A stretch of 64,000 bases of DNA from Oopsacas minuta. Its lineage: Eukaryota > Animalia > Porifera. The translations under genes were made by a program, and so were the position numbers. Numbering within the stretch: the first letter of the stretch is position 1; the number at the start of each line of letters is the position of its first letter. Below are positions 11,885 through 24,144 of the stretch, piece after piece. The notes under the pieces are model-generated. The model worked only from the letters and a program-made list of their open reading frames with translations, was not told the origin of the DNA and searched no databases. Location: contig JAKMXF010000066.1 of the NCBI GenBank assembly GCA_024704765.1, forward strand, positions 62,001-126,000, read 5' to 3'.

Positions 11885-14368
11885 TTAGGTTGGTTTTTCT
11901 TCCACCGCACTCTTTTCCAACGCCAACTTTCCGAAATGTTCAAATTCTTCCTTGAACATTAGTAACCTATGTTCCAAAGCCATGTTACTCTTCTCAAGAT
12001 TTTGTATTGCCGTCTTGATATCCCACTCTTGATCAGGGGATTTTTCAGTTATCTCTTCCTGATGCGGTTTCTTTACGTTAACCTGAATGGGTTTTGCGTA
12101 TTGCTTTACTAACTTTATATTATTAATTGGCCCAGTAATCAGGGTATACAAATCAGAGGTGTGATGATATTTCAACATTCCCTCAGGTGATAATTCTATA
12201 TCTCTATCAATATGCAGGCGTTTCTTCAAATATTTAATCTGGATATTCATGAATTTTGAGAAAATCGAAGTAGTATATAGTTGCACAATAAAATTGAGTT
12301 TTTGCTTAGCATAGATGTGATTAGCTCTCTCCTTGACAGCAGAATACCTCTCAGAGAGCTGAGCAATGAACACGTTTAGCAGCACAACAACAGTCATGAA
12401 TAGGAAAGCAAAATAAATGGCAGCTGCTAGCCAATTAATTTGATGATCTAAGTAATTATCTGGGTATACGTTACCCTCTAATAGAACTCTGATACCAGAA
12501 AGGAAGACCTGTTGAAAATCGCTATCTGTCCCTGGAGTGCGAATAGTGTTCTGCATGAGAGAGACGTTTCTCAACCCCTCAGATGTGTAAGGTGTCCTGA
12601 GGGCGATAAAGTATCCTCCTGTGAAGATTAGCAAATTTATCGAGAAGAGACTCAAGAATAAGGGAACGTCATGGACTAGTATCCTGAATATGATTGTGGC
12701 GTAAGGACCCAGTTTTGGAATTAGCACTATTAATTTAAAGACACGAGCAGCATTCAGGAAGAAAGTAAGGGTAGCGAATACCCATTCAACAGGTTGATTA
12801 GCTATACGTAGGATCATTAGCCAAAATAGTGAAGATAGACCCAACACATCGAATATGTTAGAGAGATTGACAAAGTAGTCAATTAGCACTCTTATCCATA
12901 ATTCATTATATAATTCGCCTCTAAATGTTCTGTAATAAAATGGACCCTTTTTTCTCTTCAAATATTCCCGTGTATTTTGTTTGATTCTGAAAAATTCTAA
13001 CAATTCAGTGGCAACATTACAAACAAAGAATAGCAGCACGAATAAGTCCGTCAGGATCCTGAATATGCCCCCTACATCCTTTGTATACGTGCTTCTAGGG
13101 ATCCCTGCAGCTGCAGCTTGTATCAAACTGTACGATAACGACAAAATAAATGACATAAAGAAGAAGAAGTACACACAAAGGAAGGCGTACCCGCAATTTT
13201 TCATATATTGATCAACTATTAACCGAATTGTTCCATGATAGATCAATTCCTCGTCACCCCAAAAACTTAATGCTTCGAATATCTTTTTTTCACCAATGTA
13301 ATTGGGATCCCATTCTGATGTATTCCAGTATATTTCCCTAGTAGAGCGTCCATACCTTTCTCTCCTTCCACTAATATCAAGGAGAGCAAGTAAAGTCTGT
13401 TTTTGACGTTTTTTTATCAATTTCAATATTGTATAATTTTCATCATCTCTTTGTGTAAATGAAGAAATATATTTGTACTCTGGGTCCATACGTATTAATA
13501 GCGCGCTTGTTTCGTCTCTATTTTCACCTAAAGCAAGGTCTAATGCAGTTTTATAATCTTTATCTAGTATTGAGATTATAGCTTCATTCCTTAACAATAC
13601 CAACACGGTAAGAGTATGTCCGTTTTTAGCAGCAAGACCAAGAGGATAGTCTCCTTTACTATCCATCGCATTTGGATCTGCCCCCTTTCCAATCAGTCTA
13701 TGGATGTATTCATATTTCCCTTTCTCAGCACACAATGGAAGAATGTTTTGAGTATCAGAATTCTCGATTAGAATAGATATAGTTGAATCTTCGTCTGGGC
13801 TTTCCTCGAGTGTAAGAGTAAGGGGAGTGAATCCTGAATTATTCTCTGCATTTGTGTTAGCTCCTCTAGCGATTAGGTATCTGACCGTAACACTCCTACC
13901 TTTCCTAGCAGCAAAATGTAACATTGTATTCCCATCTACGTTTTGTTGATCCAAATCTGGAATGTTCAAATGATCCAGGACTTTCCAACAATCGTTAGCA
14001 GCTAAGTTGAATAAGTCCTGATTTTGATCCAAAAGTAAATCAATAAAATGCTTTTTATTTATCCTGGCAGCCAACACTAAAGCTTTTCTAATGTGTTCTT
14101 TAAAGGTTGCATCAGTTTTATCTGTTTTGACTTCCTCATGTTTCACAATTATTTTCTCATAGAAAGATACTATGTCTAACTTCACGCATTTCTCGATTAT
14201 AGTCTCTCTGCTTTTCCTAAATTTGTGAAGGTAATTGAAAGGATTCTCAACAAAAATTTCTTCTAGCTCGACGAATTTTTTATTATCATCGTATTTAATA
14301 TCTTCACCATAGTGCCATTGTATTTTCTTTGATTTTGATTTCTTTTTCACTTCACTATCTTGAGCCAT
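11885..14368 (-). CDS. Ankyrin-repeat TRP cation channel (TRPA/TRPV-like), intronless, ~827 aa from ATG 14368
   Basis: Ankyrin motifs GNTMLHFAARKG, GFTPLTL and GDYPLGLAAKNGH; six hydrophobic helices; pore region FQQVFLSGIRVLLEG; S6 VVLLNVFIAQLSERY matches the TRP LLNMLIAMM-x-x-Y pattern; C-terminal coiled coil. Confidence 0.88.
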   Translation of the reverse strand: MAQDSEVKKKSKSKKIQWHYGEDIKYDDNKKFVELEEIFVENPFNYLHKFRKSRETIIEKCVKLDIVSFYEKIIVKHEEVKTDKTDATFKEHIRKALVLAARINKKHFIDLLLDQNQDLFNLAANDCWKVLDHLNIPDLDQQNVDGNTMLHFAARKGRSVTVRYLIARGANTNAENNSGFTPLTLTLEESPDEDSTISILIENSDTQNILPLCAEKGKYEYIHRLIGKGADPNAMDSKGDYPLGLAAKNGHTLTVLVLLRNEAIISILDKDYKTALDLALGENRDETSALLIRMDPEYKYISSFTQRDDENYTILKLIKKRQKQTLLALLDISGRRERYGRSTREIYWNTSEWDPNYIGEKKIFEALSFWGDEELIYHGTIRLIVDQYMKNCGYAFLCVYFFFFMSFILSLSYSLIQAAAAGIPRSTYTKDVGGIFRILTDLFVLLFFVCNVATELLEFFRIKQNTREYLKRKKGPFYYRTFRGELYNELWIRVLIDYFVNLSNIFDVLGLSSLFWLMILRIANQPVEWVFATLTFFLNAARVFKLIVLIPKLGPYATIIFRILVHDVPLFLSLFSINLLIFTGGYFIALRTPYTSEGLRNVSLMQNTIRTPGTDSDFQQVFLSGIRVLLEGNVYPDNYLDHQINWLAAAIYFAFLFMTVVVLLNVFIAQLSERYSAVKERANHIYAKQKLNFIVQLYTTSIFSKFMNIQIKYLKKRLHIDRDIELSPEGMLKYHHTSDLYTLITGPINNIKLVKQYAKPIQVNVKKPHQEEITEKSPDQEWDIKTAIQNLEKSNMALEHRLLMFKEEFEHFGKLALEKSAVEEKPT

Positions 14369-14802
14369 AGATGAATACAAATTGATTAGTGTTGTTTATA
14401 TGTATTTATTTAAGCCATTTATACTGGTAGCTCTACGACTAACCTATAGTCATGATGAATAGTTTTGAATTCATTCTTCGTCAGATAATTTCTCAAATGC
14501 AGAATTCAATCAGTTCGTAAGTTTTAGTTTCAACAGTCAATCATTTATCGATTAATATCAAATGTAAATCCATGAATTTAATCAAATCAAATCAAATTAT
14601 CTAAATGAATAATTCCTATTTAAATTAAATCATTAAAATTAAATTATTCAATCAAATGTCAAATCACTTAAATTCAAACACAAGGCAGTACGAAACTGTC
14701 AGGCTGGTCAGGCTATGGCCTGACCACTATTTCTAAATGTAACCCCATCATTTCTCCCTAAACCTGTGGAATATGTCGATTATACTGAAGTAGTTAGTAG
14801 TA

Positions 14803-14887
14803 CAGTGGAACCCCGCTTAACGGCCACCCCGAAATTACGGCCATTTTTCTCGGTCCCGTGGGTGACCGTATTTCCGGGGTTCCACTG
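14803..14887. mobile_element. 85-bp pogo/Tigger-like (Tc1/mariner) MITE
   Basis: TA|cagtggaaccccg...cggggttccactg|TA, with a perfect 13-bp TIR extending imperfectly further. Confidence 0.85.
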
Positions 14888-15289
14888 TATTTCACTTTAG
14901 ATATTCAGACTTTGGTGCTTCTAAACTGTGTATGGCAGAAATGCGTACCTTATAATTATATCTCATAATACTGAGCTAAATTCTAATAAGTGCAAATTGG
15001 GTTTAATCAATCAAATAATGCACTAATCACTTGTATTGGCTTAGCATTTGTTAGAATGGTGTACTGGTGTACTGTAACGCTTGAAATGGTCAGGATGCCA
15101 TAATTGGCCGGAGTGAAACAAACTTTTATTATAAGCAATACGAGCCTTTAGCACTACGCCTCGAGGTATCCATTATTCTACAAATTGACTGCCCCTTTGA
15201 GTATTATATTATAGATATATTTAGAACAATGTAATTTACTAATATACGTATATGGCATATATGTATATTATTGAATTATTTTGTAAGAT

Positions 15290-15620
15290 CAACCACCTTT
15301 GTAGCCGTTGAGAGTAAGCATCAACGTATATTTTGAGATTTTACTAATTTGTTTACTTTATATTCATAAAAACAACAATAAAGTTACATAAGAGAAACTT
15401 GAAATATGCTAAATTCTTGTCCAGCCTACTTACTTACCCCTGGCTACCCGTTTAGAGCAAGCCTGTACGTATATTTTAAGATTTGGCTGATTTGTTTACT
15501 TTATATTCGTAAAAACAAGAATAAATAAATTTACATATGATTGACCCAAAAGTGTGGAAATCGGATTCAGCATGTTCGATATATTTAGTGAAGTTTTATT
15601 GAATTCTATTTACTTCCTTG
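15290..15620 (+). repeat. Copy of a dispersed AT-rich repeat family (core motifs aaattcggattcagc...gattacccc, agccgttaagagcaag, tttgtttactttatattcataaaaacaac)
   Basis: The same motifs recur near 16670-16830, 17150-17330, 35645-35930, 36400-36790 (inverted), 43468-43870, 44290-44500 and 62950-63265; boundaries are approximate. Confidence 0.7.
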
Positions 15621-15667
15621 ATAAACATGATAAATACATAGTTATGTGACAATTTCAAAATTGCATA

Positions 15668-16042
15668 CCTTAAATCCTTTCCTTGACAACGGACAAACAA
15701 ACTGAAAAACAACAATTGAGATTTATAATATAGATTCTTGACAAATTTTAGCAATACGTGTATTCATAATATGACTTGAATCCTGTACTGTGGCAACTCA
15801 CTCAAATTTGCCTCTTCATTAGAGTACCGGAAGCAGGGTACAAGAACTGTTGGATATGGTTCTATGTCATTTTGAGCCAGACCTAGAGCTGTTAGAGTGG
15901 AATTTGTACTCTGCTGTTTCCGACACTTCAAGAAGAAATTTGCTACAGACGCGAGCACTCTAGCAATCAATATTATTAATTTGCGATTGTTGTTTATCTG
16001 TCTGTCTGTTTGTTTGTTCGTTGTCAAGGAAAGGACTTATGG
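15668..16042. mobile_element. TA-flanked non-autonomous DNA element with ~45-bp TIRs and a coding-like interior
   Basis: TA|ccttaaatcctttccttgacaacggacaaacaaac ... gtttgtttgttcgttgtcaaggaaaggacttatgg|TA. Confidence 0.75.
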
Positions 16043-16048
16043 TATATT

Positions 16049-16228
16049 CAGGGGTTTATCTGGGTGCTTGGCTGGCACCTAAAAGTGCCAGTTCAGCAAC
16101 CATATAGTACAAAAGTGCAGCCGACTCAAATTAGTCAGGATCAATATGTCACCGTCCAAAAAAGTACCATCCCAGGGGGGCCAGGGTAAGAAAAAGTGCC
16201 GGTTCAGAAATTTATGTATAAACCCCTG
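16049..16228. mobile_element. hAT-type MITE (180 bp)
   Basis: TIR caggggtttat/ataaacccctg; 8-bp TSD ggtatatt/ggtatgtt. Confidence 0.8.
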
Positions 16229-16878
16229 GGTATGTTGTATCGAATTCTCAATTCTGAGATGTCACACACTATCTATGATTTATTGTGATTCATCAAGAAA
16301 GTAAACAGAATTCAATAAAACTAAAAATATCAAATATGCTGAATCTGATTTTCACATAATTGAATTAATCATGTGTAGATTTATTTGTTGTTTTATGAAT
16401 ATAAGTAAATAAAGTTGAATACTCAAAATATACGTAGAGACTTACTCTTAACGGCTGCAAGGGTGTAACAAAGTATACTGTATTCGATTTTCGTATTTTA
16501 AGTTTCTCATATGTAAATTTTTCCATAAAATTGCTCATCATGATGTTTACTGCGGGTTTTGCAAGGGTTGCCAAGGCCAAATGGGTCACTTTACTAAATA
16601 CAGTCAGTTTTCCGGTCACTAGATTTTGTATTTTGGCTAGAGTTCAGGATTACAATTTACAAATATACGGGCAGCTTCGCTTGCTCTCGTGCTGCGGCTT
16701 GCGAACACTTTGTGTTCTCATGTGGCTCGGCACTTCGCGCCTCGATTTTTTTATAAGAATTGTTATTTGCACGCGACTAAAAATAGTGAAATTCGGACTC
16801 AGAGTAGTCGATTACCCGGTATAGACGTTGAAACATAATTCTGCAACTGTTTAGAATTATGTTTACAATACATATATA

Positions 16879-17128
16879 CACTCCCTGGCCAATAGTATTG
16901 GAACACTCTGCCACAATTGACACATGACATAAATATGTAGTTTACTTTAGTTGCATAGGCTGAAGATAATTTCGAACATCTGTGAACTTATTCAATCATT
17001 ACTTTTATCATTACAATCGCCTTTTCTGATATATTTTCAGACTATTCAATACGTATATTCTCACAATGTGCCACATGCCACATGTGTTATTAATGCTATG
17101 GTGTTCCAATACTTTTGGCCAGGGAGTG
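16879..17128. mobile_element. Tc1-type MITE (250 bp)
   Basis: 28-bp TIR cactccctggccaa(t/a)agtattggaacac with 1 mismatch, flanked by TA runs. Confidence 0.9.
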
Positions 17129-17335
17129 TATATATATGTGAGAAAATTAAAATGCTAAATTCGGATTCAGCCTACTTGATTAGCCGTGTATATCGTTTAG
17201 GGCAATTCTCTACAGATATTTTGAGATTTGAATTATTTGTTCACCATATACAGTAGAATTCAGAAAATATTCCCTCGGGAAACAAAAATTAGTAGTACAT
17301 ACTAACCGAGTGTACGTCATATCCAAATAGGTATT

Positions 17336-17640
17336 GTATTTTAGGAACACAATTATTTTGGAGTACCTAGACTGCTTGTCAAGATTGGTTAAAGTGGTCA
17401 TGGAGATTAAGCCTGACATAAAATCGCATAAAATACATACATCACTATAAAATATTTGTTGATGTTTGGTTAAAACACTACAAATTGAGAAATACTGGTT
17501 GTTATAGTATAATTATAATTTGTTAAAATAACGGAATAAACTAATAATGATCAAGTAAAAGAGCAAAATCCAATAATTGAATATTTTGACGATTGGGTAG
17601 GCGGCATACCCCCCACCAGATTTTTCTAGATCCGCCCCTG
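17336..17640 (+). mobile_element. Partial (3') copy of the hAT-like element at 20602-21275
   Basis: ~300 bp nearly identical to 20973-21275, ending in tagatccgcccctg. Confidence 0.85.
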
Positions 17641-17657
17641 CAGTGCTACCGTATTAA

Positions 17658-17963
17658 CTATTCCTTCTGGGAAGTGGATTATACCAACAACAAGATACGT
17701 ATACAGTGCTAAGAGAGGATGAACCTATTGTAATAACTGAAAATGTAACTATATTGTGTGTTTCTAGTAAAACTCAGACATCTCAGTGGTTATACAGAGG
17801 TGAAATGAATTCAGGACAAGGGGAGGGATTAATTGAAGAGACAGAATCGATATCGTCAAGAGGATTTCTAAAGTTACATCTATCTACAGACCTACCAGCT
17901 AATAGAACAGGATATTACTACTGTTCTACAACCGAATATATTACTGAAACTAATACTCAATAG
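17658..17963 (+). pseudogene. Orphan Ig-like domain exon remnant
   Basis: VTILC...QWLY...GYYYC has Ig C-W-C spacing. It starts just after a transposon end, has an in-frame TAG, and has no usable start or acceptor. Confidence 0.55.
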
Positions 17964-18148
17964 AGAGAAACACCTACGAAAACCTCAGTGTCTATAGATA
18001 ATGATTCAGAAATATATTGGTGGCAGCTTTATGAACTAAATTTTATTGTCTTATTCATTCATTTATTGTTTGTAGGCTTTTGTGGCTCAAAAACTTTCAA
18101 TATAAATACATTTGAGTTAACTCAATTTTAGCATGAATTTTGCTAGCA

Positions 18149-20468
18149 ATGGAGTTAAAAATTTGTTTGTTTGTTATTGTCGTGTTTGTTGTTCTGCAAA
18201 GGTGTTATACAGGTTAGTTTTGTTTGCTTTTTAACTGGCACTATTACTTGGAGGCACTAAACGTAATTAACGCTTTATACTGCCTTCAATTAAATTGATG
18301 TAGCTGTCGGCACAGATTGTAAATTTATATTTTTGTTTACTTGTTCGCAATAAAATTGTTTACAATATGTATCTATAGACACAATAGATGTGGAGTTTCC
18401 TTCAGTAGCACCTCAGAATTTCGAATATATACTAGATATAGACCCTGTAAACAGAGAATACAATTGTATAGATGTAAACAACAACAACAACAACAACAAC
18501 ACAGATATATATTGGAGAGACATTCCACTAATGAGACACACAAATCCTCTTAATGTATACTCTGTTTACACAAACACTAAGACAATAGGAATAAAGAAAT
18601 TCACATGCTATAACCAGAATACATATTTAGGAACTACAGATATTGAGGTTAAAGGTAAGTAATACATTCTTAGGGTACGTAACGGTTGTTATGGTATAAT
18701 ATTTATAGAGGGAGGACATATAGAAGTTATTCTAGACAACATTCCAATTAACTACACTACTAACCAGGTACTGGAGGTGGTAGAGAATACAAATAACTTA
18801 GTGATAACCTGTAGTGCTGATACAGGGGAGTTGATATCTGGTGGTGTTGCACAATCATATCCTTCTGTCATTATACCTACTGTGACGTCACAACATGATA
18901 ACAATGTGTATACGTGTAGAAGAATAATTGGCGGGGAAATACTCTTTGAAGTTAGTTTAACACTTATGGTTCCAGTTAGCAGCACTACTCAAGGAGTGAC
19001 TACTATTCCTAGTGTGACGTCATCTACATCTGGAACTATACAGAGTTCTAGTTCCACTATGGTAGATACTACAGAACCAACTAGTACAATTATAACAACT
19101 ACTGAGGCAACAGCAACTCAAATGACGACAACAACAAGCCCAACAACAACAATAATAACAACACCTGAAACAACAACAACAACAACAGCGACAAGTCCTA
19201 CAACAATAACAATTACTGACCCTACTACAACAGCAGGAACAACAACACCTGAAATAACAAGCCCAACAACAACAACAACACCTTCTCTTCCTTCAGTATC
19301 CATACATCTATCCTATACACCAAATTACAATACAGTGTTTGTAGGATATGATGACGTCACTATTACTTGTAGTATTACTACTGACTCGATTGCTGATAAT
19401 CTAACTATTATGTTGATTGATGTTAGTACTGGTAGCATTCTTAAGAGTCAGATTGGTAACCAAGCAAGTATTCTTTTGGAATTGGTGAAAGGAAATATAA
19501 CTCATAAATGTTCTGTACAGACAGATAGAGGATTATTCTTAGGTGGACAAACAGCTGATTTAAGAGTTGAAGGTTAGTTATATTTACCATTGGAGTGGCT
19601 AATTCTCATTCTGAATTATTCTTAAATGTACCTAACCAATTGGCTTTGAATTTGCACCCTGAGTACATGAGGAGATCTTGCAAGATATTTTGTCAAAGAA
19701 TTGACCCCCCTAATAATGACTGCCATATTTAACCATTCGAATTTGTAGCTATCCTTCCTATATATTTATGTTACTTAAATATTTCCTGTAGACATGTACA
19801 CTCAGGAAGTACTCAATCTACACACTATAATACCTTCTAACAGAGGTGTTAGATTGGTCTGGGAGACCTCTTACCCCCAGCTAGCTAATGAGATATACAT
19901 AATATCCGTATATAGTGTGAATGAGTCTATTCAGCATAAAGATATAACTACAAATATGACAGAATATTATCTCATAGATGTATCATACACATTCCATTAC
20001 TACATTACAGTAGATATAACGAATAGATTACACAATACTAATAATAGCTACACGCAAATATACTATATACATAATCAGCTGATATCTAAGCCATCTACTC
20101 TCTATGGGATTATTGGTCTTATTGCTGGTGTCCTCATATTGATAGTGCTAGTCATCATTGTTGTTTTGTTGATCATAATATTGGTGTTGAAGAGAAAGAA
20201 AACAAACAAACATGAATATACAAAACAAGATAATTCCTCGTCTAAACCAGAGAATATAACACCAAACAAAGAATATATACAGCTGTCAGATATTCACACC
20301 TTACCCTCCCGACACCAGACAAATTATAAATACGAACCAATGACATCTGTAGTTCCAATTAGAGATGAGTATGTTGAGGTGTCAACACAACCAGATTACT
20401 ATGAAATTCCTGATTCACATTTTACTGAACACGAATATGAGAATTTAGCTAGTGTTATTTGTAAATAG
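18149..20468 (+). CDS. Single-pass receptor (signal peptide, Ig, Ig, Thr-rich mucin stalk, Ig, FN3, TM, tyrosine-motif tail); exons 18149-18212, 18379-18654, 18709-19572, 19792-20468 (~626 aa)
   Basis: Three phase-1 GT-AG introns give one continuous frame. Signal peptide MELKICLFVIVVFVVLQRCYT; three Cys-paired Ig-like units; ~100-aa T/S/P tract; FN3-like unit (VRLVW...YIISV...YYITV); long hydrophobic helix followed by KRKK; tail with YIQL, YEPM, YVEV, YYEI and YENL. Confidence 0.82.
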
Positions 20469-20601
20469 CAGGTGATTTGTTGTTGTTATTGTTTGTTTTA
20501 TGTAGATATATTCATATATACGGATGTATCCTAATATGCTAGTAGTGCGCTCTATTCTACCCATGGCTAAGGTTAACACTTTCTGTGAACTCTTACATAG
20601 C

Positions 20602-21275
20602 CAGTGGCGGATCTATGGGGGGTATGCATACCCCCCCACCAGCTTTGTTAAATTATTTATTTCGTCTACTCAGTAGAGTGAATAAAGTACATATCTTGTT
20701 ATACTACAACCCTAATGAATTTATTTTCTCGACTATATACTTGTAATTCGGGAAATGTTCCTTCAATATTATTTCAATATTATTTCATTATTGCCTACTG
20801 TAGTTATTAAGGAGCCATAGGAAAATAATTCTGATATAAATTAAAGAATATATATATCACCATATTTCTAACTATTTGTTTACCCTTTTTATAATTAGTG
20901 TTTCCTTATGCAACCTAAGAAAGTTTGTTGACAAACTTTCTTACGAAACTGTAAACACACATACATAATGTTTGTATTAAGAACACAATTATTTTGGAGT
21001 ACCTAGACTGCTTGTCAAGATTGGTTAAAGTGGTCATGGAGATTAAGCCTGACATAAAATCGCATAAAATACATACATCACTATAAAATATTTGTTGATG
21101 TTTGGTTAAAACACTACAAATTGAGAAATACTGGTTGTTATGGTATAATTATAATTTGTTAAAATAACGGAATAAACTAATAATGATCAAGTAAAAGAGC
21201 AAAATCCAATAATTGAATATTTTGACGGTTGAGTAGGCGGCATACCCCCCACCAGATTTTCTAGATCCGCCCCTG
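20602..21275. mobile_element. hAT-like non-autonomous element (~675 bp)
   Basis: TIRs cagtggcggatcta / tagatccgcccctg, with catacccccc(c)accag near both ends; no clean TSD found. Confidence 0.75.
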
Positions 21276-21892
21276 CAGGCTCGGGAGAACATTACTCACT
21301 GGAAACACTATCCACTGTGACACCGGCTATTATTTGAGATAATTATAATCAACTAAATCAATTGGCAATGGCATAGTAGAATAATGAGCAGAGTTTTTTC
21401 TAGTATTGTTTGGAATGAGGGGCAAATTGAAAGATTACAAGCATAAGGGAGGCATGATAATGGTGAAATAGGAAACTTAGTAATTCTATTACTAATTTTC
21501 ATTTCTTACAATAGAAACCTAGTAATTGAAACTATCGGACGATGAGGTACATGAGATTATTGAAATATGGAACGGATAACTAAGGCGAATTGTCGTATAA
21601 ATCTAATTATTAAACTATAATATTTGTTAAAATCATTTTTTCAATATTCTTCATCATTAAACACTAATTAAACAATTGTGCATTTCTATATGAATAATAT
21701 CCTAGAGGGCAAAACCGGAAGGGGGGCGAAATAACTTGGAGGGGAGAAAATGCCCCCCGCAATCCCCCCCTGGAAAAAACCCTGGCGAGATTATCGAAAA
21801 AATATTCTAGGAGAGCGTCCTCCAAATTTAAGGGACTTTTAATGCTCTGTATTCAACATATATCAAGGTTTATTCTTATTTATTGATCTAGC

Positions 21893-24144
21893 ATGTATCT
21901 CAAGATACAACACTGCTACCTGTTACTTTACATAGTTTTATCTTCACTTCTGACTTCAAATGCATTATATCTGTTACCATGGCCATCTCCAAAAGATTAT
22001 GCTATAGAAGATGAAGTGGAAGTAATGGCTGTGAAGATGACAAGCAATGTGGCTCTCATGTATTACGATTATTATTCCCTCAAATATTGTGAACATCAGG
22101 ATGGCATTAAATACGGTGGAGAGAATCTAGGAGAGTTACTACATGGAGACAGGAATGTTGTTATTCCCATAACCATGATTATTTTAAGAAATATGCAATG
22201 TAGAGTTATTTGTATGAAAACGATAAATCATTTGAATAGCAATACCTTCATTTCTAGAATTGATAATGAATACTTTGTACAGCTAATTTTGGATCAGTTA
22301 CCAGTTATTACAGAATTCCTTGGAGATGATAAGATCTACGATTTGGGTTATAGTGTTGGATTTACTTTGGAAGGGAAATATTACATAAATAATCATTTAG
22401 GTAGGTTCTATTACTAAATATTATCGCCATATCGTATTTACTCGAATTGTAGCCTCGATTAAATAATTCATTTTAGCACCAGACTACTCATCTAAGAAAT
22501 ACGATAATTCCTATAGAAGTAAACTTGTGTACAATTTACCTAGTGCATTCAACCTGAGATTTAGTATTCCGAGTTTATTTTTTATGAAAAGACCAAGGAT
22601 TTGGCAGAAAGTGTAGACCGAAATCGTGAGACATCGTGATAGACTGATAGTTGAGAGCGCTGAACAGTAGATAAACAAATAACCAGTGGAAGAGATTATT
22701 AATTCATTAATAGGTCCTCATGGTACTGCTATTCTAGTACATGTTAATGTATTATATATTTTCGTATTATTTTTATTAAGATTTCGTCTTGAAATACCAT
22801 GAGAGCTCTATTCAAGGACAATACCGTATAGTTGGGTTCTCAGTTAAGCCTAGCTCTGTGCACAGCTCACATTACGATAATTCAACTGATTGCGCATTCC
22901 CTGAAGTACACCTGCCCCAAGAACTGATTCCTAATGAGATGAATATTATCCTTTTCAGTTATTCTGTCTCCTGGGTAGCGAGTGATGACTCTTGGTCCAG
23001 TCGCTGGGACAAACTGCTAAGACCCAGACACAAGAAAGTACACTGGTTCTCTTTAGTTAATGCTCTTGTAATAGTACTGATGCTCTCAGGTGTTGTAGCT
23101 GCTATTCTCATTAAAATTCTTAGAAGAGATATATCGCATTACAATAGAATTTGTGACGAGTTGAGTGACAGTACTTTTGAGGAGACTGGTTGGAAGTTAG
23201 TACACGGAGATGTGTTCCGTCCTCCTGCACATTCCTTTCAACTCACTGTGTTGCTAGGTTCTGGTGTACAACTATTCTGTACTATATTTGTTATATTTCT
23301 ATTGGCTTGTCTCGGCTTCCTATCCCCTGACAACAAGGGTGCTCTACTCACATACAGTATAGTCATATTCATGTTTATGGGATCTATAGGGGGGTATACG
23401 TCTGGGAGGTTCTACAAGACAATGGGCGGATTTGATTACAAATTAGCTGCGGTTTCAACAGCTCTATTCTACCCAGCTATAATATTCATAATTTCTGCAT
23501 TGATTAATGTACTATTCGTGACTAAACAGAGCACTCAAGCATTACCAATGCCTACTGTAGCAATACTGCTAGCTCTATGGGGATTTATATCTCTACCTTT
23601 GGTGTATATTGGATTCTACATAGGATATCGTAAAGTGAGATATGAACATCCAGTCCGTATCAATGTGATTCCTAGACCTGTTCCAGAGCAGCCAGTTTGT
23701 CACTCAATGGTGATAAGCGCCATGTTATCAGGCTTATTCCCATTCATTGTCGTGTTCTTAGAATTCTACTTTGTATTAACTGCAATTTGGGAGCACCATT
23801 TCTATTACCTGTCCGGCTTCCTATTCCTAGTATTTATAATATTCACAATAACAACTTCTCAGGTGGCAATCATCTCCACATACTTATTACTGTGTTCAGA
23901 GCAGTACCATTGGTGGTGGAGATCCTCTTACTTGTTGTCTATGGGATTTACTGTATACGCATTTGGGTATATTCTTCTGTTCCATTACACACGAGTAGAG
24001 GCAATGAGTATTATATCTTTCTCTTTCTACTGGGCTTACTCAGCTATTATTCTGATATCTCTATGGTTACTCTCTGGTACCATAGGAATGTATTCTTCTT
24101 ATGTATTTGTCCGTAAGATCTATTCTGCTATCAAAATTGATTGA
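21893..24144 (+). CDS. Transmembrane 9 superfamily (nonaspanin, TM9SF2/4-like) protein; exons 21893-22400 and 22781-24144
   Basis: A phase-1 intron gives YINNHL|DFVLKYH. Family motifs YDYYSLKYC, ENLGELL-GDR, WSSRWD, VHWFSLVN, EETGWKLVHGDVFRPP, YHWWWRS and KIYSAIKID. Confidence 0.93.
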
